Positions 41,481 to 52,191 of a stretch of DNA of 64,000 nucleotides are shown in pieces. Under the pieces are notes generated by a model that was given only the letters and a program-made list of their open reading frames with translations, was not told where the DNA came from and did no database searches. Location of the stretch: NCBI GenBank assembly GCA_965243135.1, contig OZ251539.1, positions 2,976,001 to 3,040,000 of the forward strand, in the 5' to 3' direction. The translations under genes and the position numbers were made by a program. Every line of letters begins with the position of its first letter. The first letter of the stretch is position 1. The DNA comes from Alphaproteobacteria bacterium. Lineage in GTDB: Bacteria > Pseudomonadota > Alphaproteobacteria > MPNO01 > UBA830.

Positions 41481-42611
41481 ATGAGAATCCGGCTGACCGA
41501 CGCCCGGGTCGCCGCGCTCCGGCCCCGCAAGCGCGAATATACGGTCTGGGACGAGCGCATCGCGGGCCTCGGCGTCCGGGTCCGGCCGTCGGGACATCGC
41601 AGTTACATATATCTTCGCAGCGGACGGAAGGCGTCGCTCGGTCCGGCGGCGCTGAGAAGCATCGACGAGGCGCGCCGCGAATGCGTCGGCCTCGCAGTCA
41701 AGGAGCCGACCGGGAAGGTTCCCACGTTCGCGGAGTTCGTCGCGGGTCCGTGGAAAGAAGCCTGTTGGGAGCGCTACAAGAGGACGACGCGAACGGGGAT
41801 CGAAAGCGCGCTGAACGGGCAGTTGCTGCCGGCCTTCGGCGCCCGGCCGCTCGACCGGATCGCGGCGGTCGAGGTCAACCGCTGGTTCGACCGGTACAGC
41901 AGAACGGCGCCCGGCGGAGCCAATGAAGCCTTGAACGTGTTCAAACGGATCCTGAATCGGGCGGTCGCGAGCGGCTTGATCGAGAAGAACCCGGCGCGAG
42001 GCGTCCGGAGAAACCCGCGCCCGAAACTCACCCGCTTTCTGTCGCGGGAGGAAATCCGCCGCCTGCATCGAGAATTGGACAGGTGCGCGCCGCCGACCGC
42101 GAGACCGTCCCGCAGGCGGCAGGCGGACATCGTCCGCCTGCTGCTCGCGACTGGCTGCCGGAGGAACGAAATCGTGCGTCTGCGATGGCGCGAGGTGCAC
42201 GGAGCCGTCCTCGATCTGGCGGACGGCAAGACGGGGCCGAGAAAGGTCTTCCTGAACGCGCAGGCCCGGGCCGTCGTCGAACGCCAGCCGCGAACGGAGA
42301 GCCCGTACGTCTTTCCATCAGCGTCGGACCCGGCGCGACCGGCGAACGAAAACCTCCCGCTTTGGTATGAAGCGAGGAAGCGGGCCGGTCTGGAAGACGT
42401 TCGCCTGCACGATCTGCGGCATACGTTCGCCAGCCATGCGGTCATGCAGGGCGTTTCGCTGCCGGTGGTGGCGCGCCTGCTCGGTCACCGGAGCGTCCGG
42501 ATGACGCTTCGATACGCGCATGTCGCGGACAGGGAGGTGGAGGCGGCCGCCGAGCGGATCGGGGACATGCTTTCCGCGCTTCTGGAAAGCGCCGGAGAAA
42601 AGAGCGTGTAG
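41481..42611 (+). CDS. Tyrosine integrase with arm-binding domain
   Basis: WDERIAGLGVRVRPSG, ATGCRRNE, DGKTG, LHDLRHT, LLGH, TLRY. Confidence 0.93.
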   Translation: MRIRLTDARVAALRPRKREYTVWDERIAGLGVRVRPSGHRSYIYLRSGRKASLGPAALRSIDEARRECVGLAVKEPTGKVPTFAEFVAGPWKEACWERYKRTTRTGIESALNGQLLPAFGARPLDRIAAVEVNRWFDRYSRTAPGGANEALNVFKRILNRAVASGLIEKNPARGVRRNPRPKLTRFLSREEIRRLHRELDRCAPPTARPSRRRQADIVRLLLATGCRRNEIVRLRWREVHGAVLDLADGKTGPRKVFLNAQARAVVERQPRTESPYVFPSASDPARPANENLPLWYEARKRAGLEDVRLHDLRHTFASHAVMQGVSLPVVARLLGHRSVRMTLRYAHVADREVEAAAERIGDMLSALLESAGEKSV

Positions 42612-43025
42612 CGGGCATGTCGTGCAAGGTAGCGCCGGAGAGCGCCGACGCCATGACGGTGCTGTGCAGGTGGCGGGCGGTTGCCCGCCGGTCGGCCTGC
42701 CTGAAACTGCGCTCGTCCGCGTTGTCGGCCGATTCGTCGTCGCGCTGTCGCGGACGAACCGCCCCCGGCGTTCGCCGCTCAGCGTGTGGATCAGGCAACG
42801 TTCGTCGCTGGCCAGGCGGCCGCAAGCCTCCGTTTTGACCTCCGCCGCGCCCGGCCTTTCCGCAACATGCAAACGGCCGCTCAGCCGCCATGCGTGTTGC
42901 ACTCCAAACCTCAATGGACCTCCGAGCGTTGACGGACGGGATGAAAGATGCTCTTTTACATTGCATGTCAATAGATGCCGCGCACGCTTTCAGAATACCG
43001 AGAGAGCGACCATGGGAGGAATATC

Positions 43026-43664
43026 ATGCTGACTGAGAAGCAGATCGTTTCGGCGATCTTTGAAGGAACTCGCAACGCCAATAAGAAATACGAGAAATGG
43101 ACAGGCGGCTGGTCGCTTTTGGATTCGGGAGTAGAGAGCCTCATGGTCTGCGAAATAGGGGGCGCATTAAATCGCCTCCAGAAAGGAAAAGAAAGACTTC
43201 TTTTGGAGGCGCAATTCGATTGGATCAAGGATTGGACTGGCGCGCAGACACGAGGCCGTATTCCAGGTGCAATCAGGGGCAGCAAACGGACGGACATCGC
43301 GCTTTTCAATTCCAAGGATCAGCCAGTTTGCGTTATCGAGGTAAAACGAAAATGGAATAAAAAGACTTGCATGGAAGATTTAGACAGAATATGGGAGTCG
43401 ATAAGCAGATTCGGCTTCAAGAAAAAGGGGGCGCTTCGTCGAGGTTTCCTTGCTGTACTTGTTTCGGGACAGGCAAAAGACAAGACAGCGGCAAAACGGA
43501 AAGCGGAAGGAAATAGGGAGAAAATCGAATCCATGATTAGGGAACGATTTGGAGAAAAAGCGATTGTGAAATGTGAGTATAGTAGTATTTCGTCAAAGGA
43601 AATGGATGATGCGGTGGAGCAGTGGGGAGTGTTTTGCGTTCAAATTTCATTGAAAAACAAATAG
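43026..43664 (+). CDS. AT-rich PD-(D/E)XK nuclease-like protein
   Basis: GGAGGA RBS; KRTDIALFNSKDQPVCVIEVKR. Confidence 0.7.
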   Translation: MLTEKQIVSAIFEGTRNANKKYEKWTGGWSLLDSGVESLMVCEIGGALNRLQKGKERLLLEAQFDWIKDWTGAQTRGRIPGAIRGSKRTDIALFNSKDQPVCVIEVKRKWNKKTCMEDLDRIWESISRFGFKKKGALRRGFLAVLVSGQAKDKTAAKRKAEGNREKIESMIRERFGEKAIVKCEYSSISSKEMDDAVEQWGVFCVQISLKNK

Positions 43665-43696
43665 CAAACACAATTTTTCGAAAGATTTCTTATTGA

Positions 43697-43863
43697 TTTG
43701 CTGTGTAACTACCCCAAGCTGCCGGCCGCACAAAACCGTTCCGCGAATCGAAGATTTTTTCGCGGCGGCGCTTGCCGTTCGAGAATTCGGGAGCGTGACG
43801 CTGAGAGCTGCCCCGTATAGCCCTGTCTTCACGCCGCGCCGCCCGAACGCGGAACGGTTATGT
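43697..43863 (-). repeat. Solo IS110 downstream end
   Basis: Closely similar to 21178..21346; no adjacent transposase. Confidence 0.85.
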
Positions 43864-44002
43864 ATGAGTGCTCACGATTATTGATAGGGTTTGTTTCGCC
43901 GTTTTTGATGGTTTTCCATGCCGAGAACAGGGCTGGCCGGTAAGCGTTTCCGGTTTCCGTTTCCGCCCGGTCCATAGGGTTGTCGGGAACCGGAAGGCGC
44001 GG

Positions 44003-44071
44003 GTGCGGGAGGGGGGCATCCGCCTTCGGTCGGGCTACGCCCTTCCTGCGGCAGACGCCCCCCTCCCGCAC
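44003..44071. repeat. Strong inverted repeat (REP-like hairpin) at the end of the DDE/ExeA module
   Basis: GTGCGGGAGGGGGGC...GCCCCCCTCCCGCAC. Confidence 0.75.
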
Positions 44072-44099
44072 TGCTACTTGCGACGCTTGGTCAGGATGC

Positions 44100-44967
44100 G
44101 ATACCCGTCAGGGGTATGAGCGACCCGCCCTTCGGAGACCAGTTCCTTGAGGACGCTGCTGACGGTGCTGGCGCGCATGTGTGCCGCATCCCGGATCTGC
44201 CGCTGAGAGAGCGGAGTGTCGGCGAGAAGGTTTGCGTTGACGGGGCGACTCGGTTGGCGCTTCGGAGGCGGCCTCGACGATCTGCAGCGACCGGCGTCTC
44301 GCGCAGAGTGATCTCGTCAGGGCTTGCGGAAGCCCGATGCTCTACGGTCAGCAGAATGCGCCGCTTTTTACATCGCAGATAAAGGTTGGAATCACCCCAG
44401 GCGTGCAGCTCGGAAGAACCGCGCAAAGCCTGTCCGCCTCTCGCATGGGCGCTCTTGCGGGCATGATGGACGAGGACGACGGCTGTCTCGAAGTTGCGTT
44501 GCAGGTCGCGGAGGCAAGCAAGCAGCGGGGCGACCTCGCCGGCGGCATTTTCGTCGATGGAGGCGAACCAGAGGGTCGAGGACCAGCATGCGCGGGCGGC
44601 GGACGGTCTCGAACAGCCGTTGCCTGTCGTCGGCCAGGTCAAGACGCACAGCAGGAACCACGTCGATGTCGAGATCGTCAAGACTGGTTCCTGCGGCTTG
44701 GGCGATGCCGTTCAAACGCTGGCGCACGATGTGGGCGGCGTCTTCGGCGGCGAACAGCAGAACCCGGCCCGAGGCGGCGGGGAAGCGCCGCAGGCAGGGA
44801 GTGCCGGTGGCGACAGCGACTGCGAGGTCGAGCGCGAGAAAGGATTTGCCGCATTTCGGTTCGCCGATGCCGACCGCCTGTTCGCCCCACAGCTGTTCGA
44901 CAAGCCAGCGCCGCTCCTGCGGTTGTTCGGCGAGCTCCGCGGGCCGACGGGTGGGGAAAGCATTCAT
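44100..44967 (-). pseudogene. RecA-like AAA ATPase remnant
   Basis: RWLVEQLW..GEPKCGKSFLALDLAVAVA, LFAAED, LVLDPLVRLH, LVHHARK, LRGSSELHAWGDS. Confidence 0.82.
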
Positions 44968-45709
44968 GACCGCGCTCCCCTGCGTTTGTCGGGCGTGAAG
45001 ATCTCGAAGAACAGTTTCTCGTCGAGTTCGGTGGCGTTCGGCGGCAGCGGCGAGCAGGCTATCCGCTATTTTGGTGAGGGAGCGGTAGTTGCCGGCAGCG
45101 TGAAGGGCATCCCTGAGGTTCTGCGTCCTGGGATTGCCGGCCTTCTCGAGGAGGTGGCAGGCGGCAAGTTCCTTTCGTTCGGCGTAACCCATGGCCAGGC
45201 GCTGACGGATACGGGATTCCAGGGGAAGCGCTGCGCTGCAGCTTGTCGGCAAGGCGCGCATCGCCAGCCAGCACGACGCTGAGGATGGGTCGAACTCGGT
45301 GGCGGCGAGCAGACGCAATTCGCCGAGCACTGCGGGCTGCAGTTCCTGCGCCTCGCAGCAGGACTGGACGCAGCGCTTCGAGGTGGCCAACGCGTTCGGA
45401 GAACCTTGAAGCCGCCCCTTGTGGGGGCGCAGCGGGACGTCAAAGAGTTCGCCCGCGGTAGAAGTCGGCGAGGTTGGACGGGTCAGAGCGGCGACCACCA
45501 GGTCGCGGTTGCGCGTCAGCCGGTCCGCAAGCAAGCGCAGAACCACGCTCTTGCCGGTGCCCGGTTCCCCGACGGCGAAGCCGCCGTCCCGGCGCTCGTC
45601 GACGCGCCAGCAGAAGCTTTCGACGCGCGGCGTGGTGAATAGCGCCTCGACCGGCAGGCGAGAAGGGATTCCATTTGAGGCCGTGGAGGGAAAGCAGCCT
45701 ATGTTTCAT
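44965..45709 (-). pseudogene. ExeA-family AAA ATPase (transposition helper) remnant
   Basis: MKHRLLSLHGLKWNPFSP, GEPGTGKSVVLRLL, AAGNYRSL. Confidence 0.82.
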
Positions 45710-47000
45710 CGTCCTCGTTGGTCGGAAGGAAGGCAGGGGGCAGGCCGGTCGCAGCCGCCAGGAGTTGCTTGAGCAGCGGCGCTCCCGTCGCCGGCGTGAC
45801 ATCTGTCTCGGCTGGCCTCACCTGTCGGCGTTCGCCGTCCGCGTTGGCGCTCTTGTCGAGCGGATAAAGCGCGCACAGCCAGGTTCCGTGGCCGGGGTCG
45901 ACGAGGGCAATCGTCGACAGATCCCAGGATGCGTAGCGGAGGTGGAGATGCCGCATGTGGCGATACTGCGACGGCACATCGCACGCCTCCAAGTGAAAGC
46001 GTGCCGTCCGTGTGCCGCTGTCGGCGCGTCGCTCCGGTGCGGAACGCGCGCCGCAGCGTCTCGCCGGACGGACACTCGCGCCGGGGGCTCTCGAGAAAAC
46101 GTGCCGTTGGCGTGGCACCGATTTCCCGGTGGAGGCGGTTGTTGTAGTCCTTCTGGACCCACGCTTGGGTCGCCTCGTTGATCTGCGCCAGGGAAAGGGA
46201 GTCGACGCCTTGCAGCATCGCCAGCAGACGCCCTTCCGTAACCGACACGCTCCACTTTTCCATTCTGGTTCGGGGAATACGGCAAAGTGGTGTCGTGCGC
46301 CAAGATCGTGCAGCCCGCTCCGCACCTCGCCAGCGGTCTCCGCCTTGCCGTTGTCCGTCGCCCGCGGCAAGCCATGCTTCATCAGGGCCTGCGACAGGCC
46401 GTGCACGAAGTTCTGCGCCGTCTCCCACCACTGCACATGGCAAGCAAAGCGCGAGTGGAGAACGGCCAGCAGCGTATGCCATCGTCCTCGCTTGTCGAGC
46501 ACTCGGAGCGAGCGGAAGTCGGCATGCCACAGGCCGTGGGCGTGCTCGTAACTGCGTATCTCGTACTGTTCGCGTCGTTCCGCCGCCGCCGCTTCCCCCG
46601 CCTTCTTCGGCCGCCGCTTGCGCCCGTGCGTCCGCATGTAGCGGGCCACAGTGGCATAGGAGGGGAGCGGGCCGAGCGACGGTCGGCCAATGCCTTGAGG
46701 TTGTCGTAGTGCAGCTGCGCCGACCAGTTGGGATTTTGCCGGTATTGCAATTGCAGCGCCCAGCGGCGCGAACAGCGTGCGCGCTGCGTCCGATCGTACC
46801 CGGCGACGGAGAGCGCCGACCGGATCCTGTTCGGCTCGCCGCGCCTGGTAGTACCAGCGTCGTCACGAAGGAGAAGCGGGCCGGCGCGCCGGTCACGCCG
46901 CCACTCCTGTTGCGCCAGAGCCTCGGCGCATAGTTCGCCGTGCGCCGGCGGCGCCGCCAGCAAGGTGCCGACAACGGCGAAGCGCAATCGCGCCCCCCGA
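45699..47000 (-). pseudogene. DDE integrase/transposase (rve plus Mu-like C-terminus) remnant
   Basis: YEIRSYE..GLWHADF, HGLP..TDNG, LPYSPNQNGK, YNNRLHREIGATP, LYPLDKSANADGERR. Confidence 0.85.
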
Positions 47001-47038
47001 TTTGTGTCCTGCTGCCCGCCTCCCGTTTGGCGCGGACC

Positions 47039-47590
47039 CTAAACCCCCCTCTTGGAAGAGACGGCAAGTTCTGCGGGTGCCCCGTCGCCGAACTTGCTCG
47101 TCAACGGCGATAGCCGTTGCAGGAGAACCACCGGGTCGGAGAACATCCCGACCAGTGATAACGGCAGCGTCGTCGGCTGTTTTGGGAAACGGGCGCGCAG
47201 CTTGCGCCACAGGGAGGTCTCGACGAAGGTCTCGCGCCACCAACGCCGCCAGCGCTGAAGCGTGCGTTTGTCGATGCCCAGACGGCCCGACCGGAACTCG
47301 GGACTGCGCTTTCCCTGCGACAGGGCTGTCAGAAACACGAAGACGAAGGCCACGTACACCCGGCGACCGAAGTACCGCACCGAGGGCGGCGTGACGCGAC
47401 GGCGGCACCCCGCGCAACAAAAACTCAGACGCCGCGCTCCGGCGACGAGCGGCCGCTCAACGCCGCGAGGCTTTCGCGGACGCGGCCTGCCGCCGCAGTG
47501 CGGGCAGGTACGGGCTGCCAGATCCTCGTCTATGCGTTCGAGAAAAGCCCAGGTGGTGGAGTCGACGGGAAAATCGTGGGACAATGGTCA
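47039..47590 (-). CDS. Zn-ribbon/HTH protein leading the DDE-ExeA module (possibly eroded)
   Basis: IDEDLA..CPHCGG..RKPRG..RLSFCC..CRRRVTPPSVRYFGRRVY..RTLQRWRRWWRE. Confidence 0.7.
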
Positions 47591-47719
47591 TGTCTTCTGG
47601 GTGGTAGCAGACCCGGAAGACACACCCCCTCGGCACTTGTCTGGCAAGCTCGCCGAGGGGGATCCTCAAATAATTTGATTAAAATCCACAGGAAACCTGT
47701 GCATATCCCTGCACAGCCA

Positions 47720-48973
47720 CACGCCTCGTAGCCAGCCAGGCCCGTGTTCGCGTACCACTCGTTCGGGATGCTCGCCAGGAACGCCCGGAACCGCCGCTCG
47801 AGGCCCGCGAAGTCGTTCGCCAGGCGCCGCAACTCCCGGCTCTCCGTCGCGACCGCGACGTCCGGCGCCATCGCCTCCAGCAGGAGCGCGTTCAGGCTGC
47901 GCTTCACCTCATGGTTCGGGTAGTCCAGCCGGTAGAGGGGCGCGTCCTCGTCCCGCTTCTCGTCGGCGACGGTCAGGTAGCCGGTCTGGAACAGCAGCGC
48001 CTCGACGGGAATGCGGTCGACGTCGATGGCCGACAGCAGATCGTCGTCCGCGATCATGCCCTCCAGGGCCGGCGCCGCGCCAGAAGGTCGACGAGAAAGG
48101 TCGGCGTGCCGCTCTGGAACCAGTGAATCTGCGCTTGTCGAACAGCAGCAGGATGTCGTGCGGATTGTAGACCCTCTCCGGTCCGAGCCAGTTGTAGCCG
48201 TTGTACCAACGGCGGACCTTGTCCCGGTCCAGGCCCTCGAGTTCCGGGGCGAACACCGCGTCCAGCTCGTCGTCGGTATAGCCGCAGATGGCGCCGTAGC
48301 GCTCGTCCAGCGTGATGTCGTTCAGGTTGTTCAGGCCCGAAAACAGGCCCGCATGCGAGAACTTGCTCACGCCGGTAAGGAAGGCGAACCGGATATGCGC
48401 GTCGCAGTCCTTGACGACGCTGTAGAAGCCGCGCAGGAAGTCGCGGTTGGCCAGCGCCAGTTCCCGGTCGCCGAGCGCGTCCAGAATCGGCTTGTCGTAT
48501 TCGTCCACCAGAACGACCGCCCGCTGCCCGGCGCGCTCGTGCAGCGTCCTTATCAGGTGCCGGAAACGGACCGCCGCCCCGGCGGGGCCCGGTTCGAGGC
48601 CGGCCAGCCGCTCCGTTTCCTCCAACTGGTCTTCCACGTTTCCCCGAACGAGGTCCGGGGAGTCGAAATTGCCCCCGCCGAAGCTGATCCGCACGACGGC
48701 GCGCCGACCAATCCCACTTGTCGTGTATGGCGAGATCGCGAAACAGCTCCTCGCTTCCCTCGAACAACTCCTGCAGCGTGTCCACCAGCAGGGTCTTGCC
48801 GAACCGGCGCGGACGCGACAGGAAATAGTAATCGCCCCCTTCGACGAGGCGGCGCACATGGTCCGTCTTGTCTACGTAGTAGCAATCCCTCGTCCGGATT
48901 TTCCGGAGGGAGGTCAAGCCGGTCGGAAGCATGCGTCTCGTCAGAGGGTAGGCCGCCATGCCGAAGCCGTCAA
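47720..48973 (-). pseudogene. Frameshifted, 3'-truncated paralogue of the AAA-ATPase/PD-(D/E)XK gene
   Basis: Highly similar to 36657..37948; deletions near 48700, 48120 and 48070; ends at AGYEA. Confidence 0.92.
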
Positions 48974-49280
48974 GGAGAGCGTCGGGCGCGCGTCAATTTC
49001 TTTGCATTGACGCCAGGGAGGGCCTGCGCTTTCTGCATGTACGCGCCGTGTCCACGTCCCAAGACTTGGAAACCATTCTGCGGCCGGCGTCTCCGCCGTT
49101 GTCTGGAGATCTTCGTCGGCGGACCGCCCAATTCCGCAGATGCCCAAACCCGGTTGCGACCGGGGCATGGGCCGTGCCTTCAACTAACTCGAAAGGTGAA
49201 CGGCGAGACGGGTCCGCTGCCGCGGAAACGGCCGTTCCCGACGAAGGGCATGGCGACCTGCGGCGCAGGCGGCCGGCTCC

Positions 49281-49368
49281 TTTCGCGGAGGCGCCGCCTG
49301 CGTCCGAACGGGACGGCTCCCGGCTTCAGACGGTCTCGAACCCGACGATGTTGCGCTCCTCCCGGCCG
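49281..49368 (-). pseudogene. 3'-terminal fragment of a further AAA-ATPase/PD-(D/E)XK copy
   Basis: GREERNIVGFETV* plus downstream sequence matching 36323..36420. Confidence 0.8.
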
Positions 49369-49711
49369 ACTAAAGCGAATCGGCTTCGCAGCCAACACCC
49401 TGCGCGTCCAACGCATGACAGCCTTCTTGGAACCGATGCCTTCGACCAACTCCATCGACCTGACGTCGTGGACAATCGCCGTGTTTCCGCTCTGCGCTTC
49501 GGAGACCCCCGTGCGTTGCTGTCCGCTTCGCTCTAGCCCGAGTTTACCGCGAGTTTCGCTTTTCGGCGTCCGAGTCGGCACGGAGCCGATGACGCCGAAC
49601 AACGTAACGCACTGTTTTTTCTACGATTTTTCCTCATCGAAAAATCGAACGGCATGTCGCGATCCCCTCGATTTCGTATGACCTAACACAGTCAAGGACA
49701 AGGTCCGAAAA

Positions 49712-51308
49712 ATGGTCAGCCTCGTCAAAAAACACATCCGCGGAAAGGCTTACTACTACGCGCGTCGGTCCCAACGCATCGACGGAAAGCCCACCATCGT
49801 CTAGCAGAAGTATCTCGGTCCGGCCGACCGTCGCCGTCATGACCGGCAACCCCGTCGAAGCCCTGGTGCGCGACTTCGGCGCTGTCGCCGCCCTTTACGA
49901 CCTCGCCCGACGCCTGCGTCTCGTGGACCACCCGGCACGTTCCCAAGCAGCGCAACGGACCTTCCGTCGGCACTTACCTGCTGGTCGCAGCCCTCGGCGC
50001 GGCTCCCTGCTCGAAGGCCAGCACCGCGAAGTGGTTCGGGAACACCGTTCTCAACCGCTTCATCGAGCCGCGGCAACTCACGAGTCAGCGCTTCTGGGAC
50101 AACATGAACCGCGTCCCTCTCGACGCCATCCCCAAGGCGCGACATCGTCACCCGCATGGTGCGCGACTTCGACGTCGACCTCGGGCGCGTCCTGTTCGAC
50201 GCCACCAACTTCTTCACTTTCCTTTCAACGAACGTTGCACGCTGGCTCAGCGCGGCCACAGCAAGGAAGGCCGCAAGGCGCTGAGGATCGTCGGCCTCGC
50301 TCTCCTCGTCACCGCCGACTTCCGCCTGCCGCTCCTGCACCGCACCATACCTACCCTGGAAACCAGCCCGATTCCCCCACCTTCGCCAGCCTGACCGACG
50401 CGCTCGTCGCACGCTACCGCGAACGAGGCGCGGAACACGTCACCCTGGTCTTCGACAAGGGCAACAACTCGAAGGACAATCTCAAGGCGGTCGCCGACAG
50501 CCCTTACCACTTCATCGGTTCGCTGGTTCCGACCCAACACCCCGAGCTGCTCGAAACGCCCGCCGACAAGCTGCATCCGGCCTCGACGGCGTCAGCGCCT
50601 GGCGCACCACGCGCACCCTGTTCGGCGTCGAGCGCACCGTGCTGGTCACACGAAAAGCTCTTCGCCGCGCAGTCCCAGACCCTGCTGCGTGAAATCGCGA
50701 AGCGGCGACAGCGGCTGCGGGAACTCCAGAACCGGTTGCGGCGCTGGCGCACCGGACGCGTTCGCAGCGGCAAGCCGCCGACCGTAGAGGGAACCAGCAA
50801 GAAGGTAGCAGGCTGGCTCAAGGCCCGTGAAGGAACTGTTCAAGGTGACGGTCGAAGCCGACGGTTGCCTGCCGACCCTTCGCTACCGGTTCGACCAACG
50901 CGCCTGGCAGCGACTGCAGCGCACGTTGCTCGGCAAGACTCTCATCTTTACCGACAACGCCGACTGGAGCGACGTGGAAATTGTCCGCGGCTACCGGGCT
51001 CAGCATCACGTCGAGAGCGCGTTCCGCTCCATGAAAAACACCCGTCAAATCGCCCTGCGGCCGCAGTGGACCGACCAGAAGGTGCATGTCTTCTGTTGTG
51101 TCCTCGCCCTGTTGCTGTGCAATCTTCTGGAGCGCACCGCCGCGGCTTGACGAAGTCGGCGCTGCTCGACCAACTTGGCCGAATCCGGGAAATCAGCGTC
51201 GCTTATCCCGGCAAGAAGCCCTTTGTGACGTTGTCGGAGATGACCGACGACCAGCGCACCCTTTACGAAGCTCTCGACCTGAAGCGATACCTGTCCGACC
51301 TCGCCTGA
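49712..51308 (+). pseudogene. IS1634-family transposase remnant
   Basis: KKHIRGKAYYYA, LFDATNF, LAQRGHSKEGR, YPGNQPD, VFDKGNNS, YRAQHHVESAFRSMK. Confidence 0.85.
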
Positions 51309-51374
51309 CCGTTAGGTCATACGAAAATCGTGTGATAAGTGAATCAACTATATAGAGAATCTCGCGGTAAACTC

Positions 51375-51690
51375 GGGCTAGTGGTCAACAACGCCAGATT
51401 CCTAATCTTGCCCTGGGTTCGGATAAAAAACCTCGCGTCCCCTCGCTCTGGTCGAACAGCGACTGCCGGACGATTGGGAAGGCCGCTACGCGTTGCTGCC
51501 AGTCCTGCTCGAGACTTTCTGCGAGAGCCCGCGCTTCGAAGGCACCTGCTACCAGGCCGCCAACTGGACCAGGGCCGGCCGCACTCAAGGGCGCGGCAAA
51601 CTCGACGTGCGGAACGAACGCGCCCTCCCGGTCAAGGACGCTGAGGCCCCTGCGCCGGGACTGGAGGCGGATCCTCAACAAATAAACCGT
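51375..51690 (+). pseudogene. DUF4338 (DruA-like) remnant
   Basis: VVNNARFLILPWVRIKNLAS, PVLLETFCE..FEGTCYQAANW..GRTQGRGKLD. Confidence 0.82.
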
Positions 51691-51753
51691 CACCCCGCGA
51701 CCGAACGCTTACCCATGGCGCGAACCGGGAGCCGCCGCCGCGCGGTTGGAGAT

Positions 51754-52176
51754 TTATTCGCAATTTTCGTCGATTATCCGAGAGAACGATCTGCGCGGGC
51801 CGCGCTCCAGTCTTCTTTGTCGTTCTTCCTGGTAGTCGGCAACGTCTTCTTCCAGATCCTCTGCCGTTTCCGTCTTCATTTTCCATAGCCTCATTTCACT
51901 CTTCATGGACGAAATTGTCCACCCGTCGTTCGACATGAGGGCCGCTCTGTATCGGCGTTCCATGTCGTCCAAATCCAGTGATCGCAATTCTTCCTTCAAT
52001 TGTTGCAACCGGACCTGTCGTTCTTGATACGATCTTTCCCTTTCGGCGCGGGCCAACGCTGCCGCTACGTCGTCGACCGTTCCAGGAACTTGCAGGATTC
52101 CCTTTCCCCCGTAATAACAGCCGCTCCCGCAAGAAGCCGTGCCGATCATGGCAACGATCAGCACATAGATATTCAT
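51754..52176 (-). CDS. Hypothetical exported/lipoprotein with coiled coil
   Basis: Hydrophobic N-terminus MNIYVLIVAMIGTASC; 140 aa; 4-nt-scale coupling is not seen but it follows the M48 remnant. Confidence 0.55.
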   Translation of the reverse strand: MNIYVLIVAMIGTASCGSGCYYGGKGILQVPGTVDDVAAALARAERERSYQERQVRLQQLKEELRSLDLDDMERRYRAALMSNDGWTISSMKSEMRLWKMKTETAEDLEEDVADYQEERQRRLERGPRRSFSRIIDENCE

Positions 52177-52191
52177 CGAAACTCCGCACCT

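Noticed and set aside
19519-43863. Integron attC sites (AAC...GTTATGT hairpins after AT-rich genes)
   Set aside because: Not preferred: the repeat sits at the 3' end of two IS110 remnants, there is no cassette array and neither integrase looks like IntI. Kept only as an alternative to test.
51375-51690. Druantia defence system
   Set aside because: Only DUF4338 fragments; no DruE helicase or other dru genes.
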